Source: Octopus vulgaris (lineage: Eukaryota). Taken from it: DNA of 64,000 bases. A model generated the notes under the pieces. That model saw nothing but the letters and a program-made list of their open reading frames with translations. It made no database searches and was not told the origin of the DNA. The stretch lies in contig OX597819.1 of NCBI GenBank assembly GCA_951406725.2, forward strand, positions 14,818,001 to 14,882,000, in the 5' to 3' direction. Both the position numbers and the translations under genes were made by a program. Below are positions 44,358 through 57,401 of this stretch, piece after piece. The first letter of the stretch is position 1. Each line of letters opens with the position of its first letter.

Positions 44358-44626
44358 ACACACATATATATATAAATAATATAAATAATATATATATATA
44401 TGCACATATACATACATGTATATGTATATACTTACATATACATGTATATACATATGCATACATGGGCACAGGACGTCACAGAACGTAAACAACATGAAAT
44501 GCGAAAACTTGGAATACGAATATTTTTTGCGAACAACGAAAGAAACAAATGGAAAACAAGACAAGCAACATAAAAAAACCACTCTTCATCAGTTGTCAGC
44601 TGTTTATCTACTCCATAGTTCGAGCA

Positions 44627-44666
<40 letters not shown>

Positions 44667-44794
44667 CATAGACGTGCGGTCCATGGAAAGAAGGGAAGCT
44701 ACGTTTCCCTTAAAAATTATAGAAATTGAAACTACATTACTTATTTTTCATAAGATGCTTCTATAAAATTAATATAAACTTATCAACCATCAAT

Positions 44795-45180
44795 ATAAAA
44801 TTATCAACCATCGCACAAACAATAACTCTGAGCACCTCTTCAAACTCCACCCATCTTACACCCGTGGACATATTTACAAAGTAAGAAAACAGCACAGCTC
44901 CCATGACTTCAGGAAACATTTTTTCACGCTGAGAGTTGCTGAAGCGTGGAACAAACTGCCGGCATCGGTTGTTAGTTGTCGGAGCACTGCATCCTTCAAA
45001 ACTTCCATGCTTTCTGAGATTCGCCAACACTACACTTGATTTTCTCCCCTCCATACACACACAAGCATGTTCACTTTCCAGACACTTCTACATTACTGCA
45101 TGTACTTTATATGCACTTTCTGACAAGTTGCGGTGCACCTGAGCACTGTATACAAGAATTTCATTATTATTATTATTATT
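44795..45180 (+). pseudogene. CR1-clade LINE 3' end
   Basis: TRGHIYKVRKQHSSHDFRKHFFTLRVAEAWNKLPASVV..FK, then 3' UTR and (ATT)n tail. Confidence 0.85.
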
Positions 45181-45399
45181 ATAAACGACATGACATCATA
45201 GACTTCAAACTTATTGTTGGAATTAGCATGAGACGACAAACAATGGCAGACGACACAAAAAAAAGTCTTGCAAGGGAAGCAACACGAGCTGTTGCATCCT
45301 CTTCGGTATAATATTTCAACATTTTTTCCAATAAAAATGCCACAAAGACTTAGTAAGAGATGGCAACGAATAGTTTTAGATGTTAATAAATACTTAACC

Positions 45400-45784
45400 A
45401 GTGGAGGCGCAATGGCCCAGTGGTTAGGGCAGCGGACTCGCGGTCATAGGATCGCGGTTTCGATTCCCAGACCGGGCGTTGTGAGTGTTTATTGAGCGAA
45501 AACACCTAAAGCTCCACGAGGCTCCGGCAGGGGATGTTGGTGATCCCTGCTCTACTCTTTCACCACAACTTTCTCTCACTCTTACTTCCTGTTTCTGTTG
45601 TACCTGTATTTCAAAGGGCCGGCCTTGTCACTCTCTGTGTCACGCTGAATATCCCCGAGAACTACGTTAAGGGTGCACGTGTCTGTGGAGTGCTCAGCCA
45701 CTTACACGTCAATTTCACGAGCAGGCTGTTCCATTGATTCGGATCAACCGGAACCCTCATCGTCGTAACCGACGGAGTGCTTCC
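45400..45784 (+). mobile_element. SINE-I, full length with TSD
   Basis: A-box TGGCCCAGTGG, B-box GTTTCGATTCC; TSD aaatacttaacc at 45388-45399 and 45785-45796. Confidence 0.9.
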
Positions 45785-46372
45785 AAATACTTAACCGCTT
45801 GGATTAAGTTTCTGTCAATTCGCAATACCTATGATATATATATAATCTTACCTTGTTATGTAACACTTACATAGGAAAAAGGAAGCAAGTTGACATTCTG
45901 CTTCCATCAGAAAAACCGTGAAAAGATAACATGCGCGTAGTTTCCTGCGTTTATTCAACTAATATTTTATGTGTTTTCAAATTGCACAACACCCTTCATA
46001 TAATATGTAATGTCTTTAATTTTAAAAATAGCTGTATAATATGAACATGTCAATTTGATTCAAATATCTATGTGACTGAAAAGTTTGGTCACTGCTTCTC
46101 CAGCCAGAAAGATCACCAAAAATGAGACAAGAACGCAAACCATACAGACATACGATACAAAAAAAAAAACAAGGATGGGTCATTCGGAGTTTTCTTTCTT
46201 CAGTCGAATTCCAGATTATCTTTGCAATTTCGGCTGGTTATACTCGAGATTGCTCCAATCTGGCCAGCCCCAAGGATAAAATAAGCTAAGAGCACTAGAT
46301 TCCTTGGAAGAAAGCAGCGAATGTATACGAAAACAAGGACGGAAAAGTAGAAGAAATAGTGTAAAAACGAAT

Positions 46373-46406
<34 letters not shown>

Positions 46407-46774
46407 TCATTCGGTCATACAAATGCAAATTCACAGTAGTGTACTCACTGAAACATCCAAATCATAAGCCAATGATAGTCGCAGTGTCGTAGGGTGGGAC
46501 CTCTGTTTACACAGTGATTTGACCTGCTGGATATGGCAGCCAAATTCCCACAAACCTCATACCACTGTCTACAAACATATGAAGGTCACGTTAGATAATA
46601 CAATCTTAGATATACAGAGACAAGTTGAATTCATGAAGATATCTTTGGTTGCATTTCTGATGGATCGTATCTGACCTAGGGTTAAATACGAACAACAAAC
46701 GAATAAAGCATACACATACACTGCCGTATTCACTCGCTCGAATCTACACACATGCACGCACACTAATGTTTGTC

Positions 46775-46867
<93 letters not shown>

Positions 46868-47493
46868 GGAGAGTTTACGAAAAAAACAAAAGACGAAGGC
46901 TGGTGGTGTGCAAAACAAACAGATGTATTAGTATAACGCTCAGGAATAGAAAAAGTCTTTACGTTTCGAGCCTACGCTCTTCTACAGAAAGGGACACAGA
47001 AAAAACAAGGAGAGAAAAAAATGTGTGTAGTGGCTAACGATCTATCATGGCAACATATATATATATATATGCATGCATTGGGATTTTATGTACTTATCGC
47101 TTGTGTGTTTACATATTTTCCACTCGTTGATGTCCTGTATTTTATTATACATATATATATGTATATATATATATATATATATATTATTATTATATGTGTG
47201 TGTGCGTCTGTTTGGCACCTCACCATCGCTTGACAACCGATGTTGGTGCGTTTACGTCCCCGTTAAATTAGCGATTCGGCACCGTTAGAATAAGTACGAG
47301 GCTTACAAAGAATAAATCCCGGGGGTCGACTTGTTCGACTAAAAAGGCGGTGCTCCAGCATGGCCGCAGCCAAATGACGGAAACAAAAAGAAAAGGAATA
47401 AAAGTAAAGAATATCGAGAGAGAAAGAGAGAGAGAGAGCGATTGATAGATAGTTTGATTGATAGAGAGAGGGAGACAGAGAGTGATAGACATA

Positions 47494-47531
<38 letters not shown>

Positions 47532-48025
47532 GATATATATAGAGAGAGGCAGGTGGGAACGAGTGAGAGAGAGAGAGAGTAAGAGTGGGAGAGGCGGAGT
47601 AGTGTAAAAAGGCGACCAGGCTGGTTGACTAAGCTTCTTAAATGACATGGAAGGAGGAGGGTGATATAGCAATGGCTCGTTCCCAATCGCTTACAAAAGC
47701 CGTGTCGCTTGCGTACAATGTCTGGGACGGAGGGGAAACAAAGAGTCGCAGCTCTGAGACCGGGGGATCGGCTCATTCTGTTCGACAGACAGCAGCAGGC
47801 GTAGTGGGTGTTTCTCGGTGTGTGTGCGTGTGTGTGTGTGTGTGTGCGTGCGTGTGTGTGTGTGTGTGTTGGTGTGTACAATCATACATATACATGCATA
47901 CACGAACGAGCGAGCGAGCGGGCACACGTATATACGCGCGCGCATGACAGACATAAATGTATGTACCTGGGTGCGCGCTTGCGTTAATAGTGAGACAGAT
48001 AGATAGGTAGATAGATTGATAGATT

Positions 48026-48068
<43 letters not shown>

Positions 48069-48118
48069 TGATTGATTGATAGATAGATAGATTGATAGAT
48101 AGATAGATAGATAAATAA

Positions 48119-48161
<43 letters not shown>

Positions 48162-48175
48162 TTGATTGATTGATT

Positions 48176-48311
<136 letters not shown>

Positions 48312-48539
48312 CATACATACATACATACAGACATATTCATGTGTATGAATTTGTTATGTATGCATATATATATAAATATATATAACCGTCACTTAGCGGT
48401 TCGGCAAAAGAGACCAATAGAATAAGTACTGGGCTTACAAAGAATAAGTCCCGGGGTTGATTTGCTCGACTAAAAGGCGGTGCTCCAGCATGGCGGCAGT
48501 CAAATGACTGAAACAAGTAAAAGAGTAATAGAGTAAAGA

Positions 48540-48648
<109 letters not shown>

Positions 48649-48762
48649 CACACCTATACATATATGTCTGTGTACAGACGTGTGTGTTTATGGGGATATA
48701 TGTATATATGTACATATGCATGTAAATATGTACATATATGCATCTATATGTATGTATATATG

Positions 48763-48834
<72 letters not shown>

Positions 48835-48991
48835 TAAACATATATATATATATATATGGATAAATGTATATGTGTGTGTATATGCATGTATGTATTCATG
48901 TATGTGTACATTCTCACGCAATTATCCCATTGACTTGTTCACTACTGACATCCTCGCTCAGATACACTAACAATCACAATAACTCTAACAT

Positions 48992-49023
<32 letters not shown>

Positions 49024-50069
49024 CATCACACACATTTTGCTACAGAACAACAACAACCAGAACAACAACAACAACAACAGCAGCAACAACAATACGAGAG
49101 GTGGCATAAAAGTAAAACAAGGAAAGCATATAAATCGAGTCGAGTCTCTGTTGCACCTGCTGTCGAGTCTTTCCAGGTGAAAAGATTTCTTGTTTGACCT
49201 TTTAAAATATAAAATAGGCGCCCACCTGCCCGTTTGAAATGTTGAACTGAAGGTAGGTAGGTCGGTAGGTAGGCAGGTAGGTAGGTAGGTCGGTAGGTAG
49301 GTAGGGTGGTAGGGAGGTGGGAGGCGTGTGGGTGGGTAAAACACGTTGGTAGGTAGATTGGTAGTTACCTGGCCAAGTATGTTGATAGCTACGTAGCTAG
49401 ATAGGTAAGGTAGGTAGATGTACAAAGAAGCGCAGGATACACGCGGACACACGCACACACACACGCGTGCGGGCGAGGACCCTGGCGCATGCACGCACGC
49501 ACGTATGCTACTAGGTAGGTAGGTAGGTAGAAAGGTAGGTAAGTAGGTAGGTAGGTAGGTAGGTTGGTAGATAAGTTGGTAATCACCCAGGTATGTAGGT
49601 AGGCAGGTATGCAGCTTGTTAAATAAGAGGGGTTTGTTGATAGATTTGCTTGAGGACGCGTGCGCGTGCGTGCGTGCGTGCGTGTGCGCACGTGTGTGCG
49701 TGTGAGTGTGCGTGTGTGTGCGTGTGTGTGTGTGCGTGTGTGTGAGCGTGTGTGTGTGTGTACGTGTGCGTGTGTGTGTGTATGTGTGTGTGAGTGTGCG
49801 TGTGTGTGTACGTGTGCGTGTGTGTGTGTGTGTGTGTGTGCGTGTGTGTGCGTGTATGTGTGCGTGTGTGTGCGTGTGTGAGTGTGCGTGTGTGTGTGTG
49901 TGTGCGTGTGTGTGTGTGTGTACGTATGTGTGCGTGTGTGTGTGTGCGTGTGTGTGTGTGTGTGTGTGCACGCGCGTACCTGTGTATGTGTGTGCACGTG
50001 TTTATTAGTCAGAAACGACAACAGGTAAACTAGGGACCTGTTTTAAAGATGTGCACCCAGGTAGAAGTC

Positions 50070-50605
50070 CTTTATTCTTCTATTCTTTTACTTGTTACAG
50101 TCATATTTGGCTGCGGCCATGCTGGAGCACCACCTTTTTGTCGAACTAATCGACCACAGGATTTAATTCTTTGTAAGCCTATTACTTATTGCATCCATAT
50201 TTTTTGCCGAACTGTTAAGTTACGGGGACGTAAACACACCAACATCAGTTGTCAAGCGATGGGGCGGGACAAACACAGACACACAAATACATACGTACAT
50301 ACATACGTACATACATACATACATACATACATACATACATACATACATACATACATGCATACATACATACATACATACATACATGCATACATACATACAG
50401 ACAGACAGACAAACAGACTGACAGGCAGGCAGGCAGATAAATAAATAGATAGATATACGACAGGCTTCTTTCAGTTTCCGTCTACCAAATCCATTCACAA
50501 GGCTTTAGACGGCCCAAGTCTATAGTAGATTACACTTGCCCAAGGTACCATGCAGTCGGATTGAACCCGGTACCATGTGGTTGGGAAGCAATCTTCTTAC
50601 CACAC
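50070..50605 (-). mobile_element. SINE-A
   Basis: Match; partial copies also at 40440-40650, 47200-47410, 48385-48540, 53945-54135, 55200-55362, 60600-60940. Confidence 0.85.
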
Positions 50606-50896
50606 AGATATTTATATATCTTGTATATTTTTATCTCTTACTCTCAATAAAAGAACCTCAAAGTACCATTAGATCTACAAGAAATAGCAACCAAATCTCC
50701 CTCAAATCACATTCTACACCACCACCACCACCACCACTGCCATCATACACAGATGAAGCTGCACACCAACGTCATCGTTCGTCCTTCTACAAACAACAGC
50801 TAAATGTTTCTCATGTTTCTGATCGACTAAATAAATAAATCCGTCTACCGCTGCCCCAGCATGGCCGCAACCTCAAGGCTGAAACTTATAAAAGCA

Positions 50897-50964
50897 TATA
50901 TGGCGTAGTGGTTAAGATCGCGGGCTACTAACCTCAAGATCCCAGTTCCATTCCAAGCAGTCAT

Positions 50965-51032
<68 letters not shown>

Positions 51033-51673
51033 GGCGTAGGAGTGGCTGTGTGGTAAGCAACTTGCTTACGAATCACATGGTTCCGGGTTCAGTCCCACTG
51101 CGTGGCACCTTGGGCAAGTGTCTTCTACTATAGCCTCGGGCCGACCAAAGCCTTGTGAGTGGATTTGGTAGACGGAAACTGAAAGAAGCCCGTCGCATGT
51201 ATGTATATATAAATATATATGTATATATGTATATATATATTATGTGTGTATATGTTTGTCTGTGTTTGTCCCCCCCCCCCCCAACATCGCTTGACAATCG
51301 ATGTTAGTGTGTTTACGTCCCCGTAATATAGCGGTTCGGCAAAATTGACCGATAGAATAAGTACTCAGCTTCCAAAGAATAAGTCCTGGGGTCGATTTGC
51401 TTGACTAAAGGTGATGCTCCAGCATGGCCACAGTCATATTACTGAAAAAGTAAAAGAGAAAAGAATAAAGAGTATAACAACAACATCGAAATATACCTTA
51501 GGAATGAGAACCCAGGTTCGAAATTTCCCCAAGACACCTGATGAAGGCTGGAGGGTATATCAGCCGAAACATTGTGTTAACAACAAACAAGATGAGGACA
51601 AATATCCGTCGAATGTAAACAATGTAAATAATGAAGATAATGTACATAATTCCTCATCTCTTAGATATAGAAT
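50897..51673 (+). mobile_element. Family C element with SINE-A (51031-51472) nested in its (TAA)n
   Basis: tRNA-like head 50897-50968, (TAA)n, SINE-A, then HHR tail 51475-51673. Confidence 0.85.
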
Positions 51674-52660
51674 TAAAAGAATAAATATTTAACTTTGTGA
51701 CCCTGTTAATGTAGTTGTGGCCCCATTGAAGTAGTTGCTTCCTGTTTTCGCACAAGTATCATTCTAAGACACAAACATGAAGAACCAAAATGGAACCAGC
51801 GAAATGCTTTTAGCTTCTATGAATAGATTCCATATCAAAGATATACAATCAAGTTTGATTTACTGCAGAAGCAGCTTTGAATCCTGCGTTTAGCCGTAAA
51901 AGATATCTAAAATATTTCCATTTATTAATTAAACAATTAATAAAAATTAAATAATTGATTTAATGCACAATAAATTATTCTGTCACCAGTGTTTTTTTTG
52001 TTTTTTTAATAATATTTTTACTACAGTTTATTAAAAATATTGTAGCTTGGATGTCTGCATGTGAAGCAGTGTTAAATTAAAATGGCCATGTGTATAGCAT
52101 ATTTATTGTAAATACATCGTTGAAAAGCAAATTTACTGCGTTATTCATCCATAGATAACATCTGTTATGGATGTATTGTGTTTAAAAACGCAATATATAT
52201 CGGAGACAGATGAAAAATCGTCTCCCAGCAGCGTTTAGCCAGTACGCTATATGCATTTCGCTATTGTTAAGCCTCGTCAATAACGTGCACTTGCAGCCTT
52301 ATACTAAGAGGAGATGTGTCAACTAATGTTCTTGCTGGTCGCTACTGAGACGATTTTTCGTCTGCCCCCGCTCTCTCCCTCTCCAATTTCTCTCTCTTCC
52401 CTATCCCTCTTTCTCTTTCCCTCTCTCTCACTCTCTCTCCCCTTCCCAATTCTCTCTCACCCTCTCTTCCTCTGTCTCTGTCTATTTCTCTCTCATTCTG
52501 TATGTCTTTATTTCTCTCTGTCTCTCCCACTCTCTCCCTCTCTCGGAAATCCAATGAACAAAATTAACTGACACTACGCAAAGAAATTTTTTTTTTTAAA
52601 CTGTTTTAAAGTTTAAAATTTCCTAAAAAGTATGGCAAAGTAAAAAGTATGGCAAAAGTA

Positions 52661-53040
52661 TAGGCGCAGGAGTGGCTGTGTGGTAAGTAGCTTGTTTACC
52701 AACCACATGATTCCGGGTTCAGTCCCACTGCGTGGCACCTTGGGCAAGTGTCTTCTACTATAGCCTCGGGCCGACCAAAGCCTTGTGAGTGGATTTGGTA
52801 GACGGAAACTGAAAAGAAGCCCGTCGTATATATGTATATGTATATCTATGCATGTGTGTGTTTGTGTCCGATGCTGGTGTGTTTATGTCCCCGTTACTTA
52901 GCGGTTCGGCAAAAGAGACCGATAGAATAAGTACTGGGCTTACAAAAGAATAAGTCCCGGGGTCGAGTTGCTCGATTAGAGGCGCTGCTCCAGCATGGCC
53001 GCAGTCAAATGACTGAAACAAGTAAAAGAGTAAAAGAGCA
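52661..53040 (+). mobile_element. SINE-A
   Basis: Full-length match. Confidence 0.9.
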
Positions 53041-53309
53041 AAGAGTAAACCATTTTCTGTCTCATTTTCCTTACCATATTCATCACAAAAGAAAATTGTA
53101 AATAAAACCAACATTAGTATGGACTTTGTAAAGTTTTAAAATACACATTTTAAAATTCCCGGGACACCAGTGAAAAACGAGCGAGAGGGGGAAAGGGAGA
53201 GAGATATAGAAATAGAGAGAGAAAGGAAAAAAGAGAGAGAAAGAGAGAGAGAAAGGTTTAAAGTTACTCAACTGAATGCGATACGATACGATCCAAATGT
53301 TAAAATATT

Positions 53310-53832
53310 CTTTTCTAGTCTAGGCACAAAGACCGAAATTCAGGGGGGGGGGGGGGTGCAGTCGATTACATCGACCCCAGTGCGAAACTGGTACTCAATT
53401 TATCGACCCCGAAAGGATGAAAGGCAAAGTCGATCTCGGCGGAATTTGAACTCAGAACGTAAAGACAGACGAAATACCTATTTCTTTACTACCCACAAGG
53501 GGCTAAACACAGAGACGACAAACAAGGACAGACAAACGGATTAAACCGATTTTATCGACCCCAGTGCCTTAACTGGTACTTATTTAATCGACCCCGAAAG
53601 GATGAAAGGCAAAGTCGACCTCGGCAGAATTTGAACTCAGAACGTAAAGACAGACGAAATACCTATTTTTTTACTACCCACAAGGAAATAAACACAGAGG
53701 GGACAAACAAGGACAGACAAACGGATTAAGTTGATTACATCGACCCTACTGCGTAACTGGTACTTATTTAATCGACCCCGAAAGGATGAAAAGCAAACTT
53801 GACCTCGGTGGAATTTGAACTCAGAACGTAAC
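53310..53832 (-). mobile_element. SINE-B trimer
   Basis: Junctions near 53470 and 53655; last unit ends in tail 2. Confidence 0.9.
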
Positions 53833-54183
53833 ATTCATATTAAAAAATTAAAAACTATACAAAATGTTACGTTTATATACTTATTTTGCAAGATTCTTGA
53901 TGCGAAATCGCGTGTTGAAGCAGGCATTGTTGTATTTCGGGATACTTTTATTCTTTAACGTGTTCCAGTCATTTGATTGCGGCCATGCTGGAGCACCGCC
54001 TTTAGTCGAACAAGTCGACCCCAAGACTCATTCTTTCTGAGCCTAGTACTTATTCTATCGGTGTTGGTGTGTTTACGGGGACGTAAACACACCAGCATCG
54101 GCTGTCAAGCGACGGTGGGGGACAAACACAGACACATACATACACACACATATATATATATATCCATCCATACATACATTTAT

Positions 54184-54230
<47 letters not shown>

Positions 54231-54348
54231 CATTTATATATGTGTGTATGTGTGTGTAGGGGGGCTCCAGTTCCTATCCGTGCATTGGGTTCGTCAGTTT
54301 TCATCCAATCTCTTCGGCTGATGTTTTTGCCGATATATATATATATAT

Positions 54349-55125
54349 ATTGTATAAAAGGGCTTAGTAAAATAAATTACTTTGCCACATACTGAACTCA
54401 TTAGAAATAGCAGCCAAAAAAAGATTTTTTAGCCATTTCTAATACTTAAAGAAAATTTTACAATGTAATATTTTGAATTCGCCTTAAATGGTCCCTTTAC
54501 ATACTGAATACTTGGTGAAATTGATTAATAACTAATTAATTTTACCCTCAATTGTTGAAATTATAATTCATTTCTCTTTGTTTAATGCCTCGGTTTTCAC
54601 CGATAAAATATGGTGTTTGCTAGTCTGACCCACGTGGGTGGAAGGGGGAGAGCAGGAATTCTTCGCTTGCATATTTTGAATTTGTTGGCACTGTTAGTTT
54701 GAACGGATCTTCTGAGGTGAAAAGTCGCCAAAAGGGTATGCTCCTACTTTCAGTGTTTCCAAATTCGAATTAAGAAATTTTGGGCTGACGAAAGAAATGT
54801 CGAATTGTATTTGGCTGATCTAGAAACGTACGTTCTCAAATAATCTTTGCACTTGTGATTTTTTAATGTTTTTACCCCCATACCTTCGTGGGTTATTTTG
54901 AGTAAACACTATCTGAGAGAAATTTTCTTTAAGTATTAGAAATGGCTAAAAAATCTTTTTTTGGCTGCTATTTCTAATGAGTTCAGTATGTGGCAAAGTA
55001 ATTTATTTTACTAAGCCCTTTTATACAATGTAATATTTTGAATTCGCCTTAAATGGTCCCTTTACATACTGAATACTTGGTGAAATTGATTAATAACTAA
55101 TTAATTTTACCCTCAATTGTTGAAA

Positions 55126-55126
<1 letters not shown>
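54349..55126 (+). mobile_element. HHR mini-element, 565-bp monomer with 103-bp direct repeat and 5' inversion
   Basis: 54459-54561 = 55024-55126; 54349-54457 = reverse complement of 54920-55029; (TA)n on both sides. Confidence 0.85.
54779..54840 (+). ncRNA. Type I hammerhead (stem II base imperfect)
   Basis: tttggg-CTGACGA-...-GAAA-cgtac-GTT-ctcaaa; palindromic stem III acgtacgt. Confidence 0.65.
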
Positions 55127-55184
<58 letters not shown>

Positions 55185-55433
55185 TAGATAGATATATATG
55201 ATGGGCTTCTTTCAGTTTCCGTCTACCAAATCCACTAACAAGGCTTTAGTTGGCCCGAGGCTATAGTAGAAGACACTTGCCCAAGGTGCCACCCAGTGGG
55301 ACTGAACCAGGAACCATGTGGTTGGTAAGCAAGCTACTTAGTACACAGTCACTCCTGCGCCTATATGGCCATTTATTTTTGCCAAATAACCACACGCACT
55401 ATATACTTTTCTTTCACTTCAGCTTCATTATTA

Positions 55434-55471
<38 letters not shown>

Positions 55472-56025
55472 GAGTGAGAGAGCAGAGCATGCCATCAAAG
55501 TGACACTGGGGTAAAATATACGAAGCCCAATATACCCATCATGACTACCCGTCTGATAAAGGTACACCAGGCACATGCATCACAACCATATGTGCGCGAC
55601 ATGGTGATCTCATATCAAGATAAACAGCACATCACCTTGCAGGTGGGGCCCAGTTAGAATTTTCTTCAGGTTGAGTAGCCCATCCCGCTCAAAAGGTCCC
55701 TGAATAAGGATTGTTTAAGGATGTTGAAAGAACCACCCATGTTTCCAGAGGTGAATTATTCAAACCCCAAAGAATCCCTCTCAACACATGGCTATGATGC
55801 TCCCCCACTACTTCTGCTCGTGATCAGAGATGCACATATCGTCAGCCACTAAGGGACATGCTCAACTGGTTAAGGTCAAACAACTGACAAGCAAATCTGT
55901 GGTATTGAGCAGAATATTTGCTGTAGCCCATCTTTTATACCAAGACAAAACAATGTACATGATAACACTTCCAATCAGTTAAGTTCAGAAGCCATGAGAG
56001 CCACTGCCTGGTACTGCATCAGGGC

Positions 56026-56029
<4 letters not shown>
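55472..56029 (-). mobile_element. Element H, second copy
   Basis: Reverse complement of 31051-31608, about 4 substitutions by eye. Confidence 0.85.
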
Positions 56030-56080
<51 letters not shown>

Positions 56081-56299
56081 GCGTCTTTTGTCTGGAAATC
56101 TTTCGTCACACGTCACATGACTGTTCGTCCCACGTGCCTCCTCCAGAGGATGGAGAGTCGCTGAAGAGGTAACAGGATGTGCGACGAAGGATTTCAGCCA
56201 AAGGGTTTTAGAATAAAAATAAGAATAAAATTTAAGTGAAGAACGAGTATACAGTAGACGTGGCTATATCGCAAAAAACAAAAGGGACCATTCCGAAAT

Positions 56300-56706
56300 A
56301 CTCTTTACTCTTTACTCTTTTACTTGTTTCAGTCATTTGACTGCGGCCATGCTGGAGCACCGCCTTTAATCGAGCAACTCGACCCCGGGACTTATTCTTT
56401 TGTAAGCCCAGTACTTATTCTATCGGTCTCTTTTGCCGAACCGCTAAGTAACGGGGACACAAACACACCAGCATCGGTTGTCAAGCAATGCTAGGATGAC
56501 AAACACAGACACAAACACACACACGCATATATATATATACATATATACGACGGGCTTCTTTCAGTTTCCGTCTACCAAATCCACTCACAAGGCTTTGGTC
56601 GGCCCGAGGCTATAGTAGAAGGCACTTTCCCAAGGTGCCACGCAGTGGGACTGAACCCGGAACCATGTGGTTGGTAAACAAGCTACTTACCACACAGCCA
56701 CTCCTG
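56300..56706 (-). mobile_element. SINE-A
   Basis: Full-length match. Confidence 0.9.
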
Positions 56707-57017
56707 TGTATACAAAATGTATTGTTATTCTTTTCTACTCGAGGCACAAGGCTCGAAATATTTGGGGAGGGCGCCAGTCGATTAGATCGATCTCTGTACG
56801 CAACTGGTACTTAATTTATCGACTCCAAAAATATGAAAAGCAATGTCGACCTCGGCGGAATTTGAACTCAGATCAAAATGTATTTTTAATAATTCGTCGA
56901 ACGTGTTTTGCGACTCAGATGACACTGTAAAGGCAAGCACACACTGATGATTCGTTTCTCAGTTAAATGGTTCAAGGTTCGATCTCAGCGCCAGAGACTT
57001 GAAGAAGTATCTACACT

Positions 57018-57401
57018 GGGAAGCACTCCGTCGGTTCCGACGACGAGGGTTCCGGTTGATCCGAATCAACGGAACAGCCTGCTCGTGAAATTAACGTGTA
57101 AGTGGCTGAGCACTCCACATACACGTGCACCCTTAACGTAGTTCTCGGGGATATTCAGCGTGACACAGAGAGTGACAAGGCCGGCCCCTTGAAATACAGG
57201 TACAACAGAAACAGGATGTAAGAGTGAGAGAAAGTTGTGGTGAAAGAGTACAGCAGGGATCACCACCATCCCCTACCGGAGCCCCGTGGAGCTTTAGGTG
57301 TTTTCGCTCAATAAACACTCACAACGCCCGGTCTGGGAATCGAAACCGCGATCCTATGACCGCGAGTCCGCTGCCCTAACCACTGGGCCATTGCGCCTCC
57401 T
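57018..57401 (-). mobile_element. SINE-I with TSD
   Basis: Reverse complement of 45400-45784; TSD agtatctacact at 57006-57017 and 57402-57413. Confidence 0.9.

Noticed and set aside
47672-47820. [11 protein letters not shown]... as a first coding exon
   Set aside because: Runs into a (TG)n repeat; no strong donor site or recognisable homology
53310-53832. CRISPR-like or HHR-retrozyme reading of the SINE-B arrays
   Set aside because: Whole units repeat with no unique spacers, context is eukaryotic, and I found no hammerhead core on either strand
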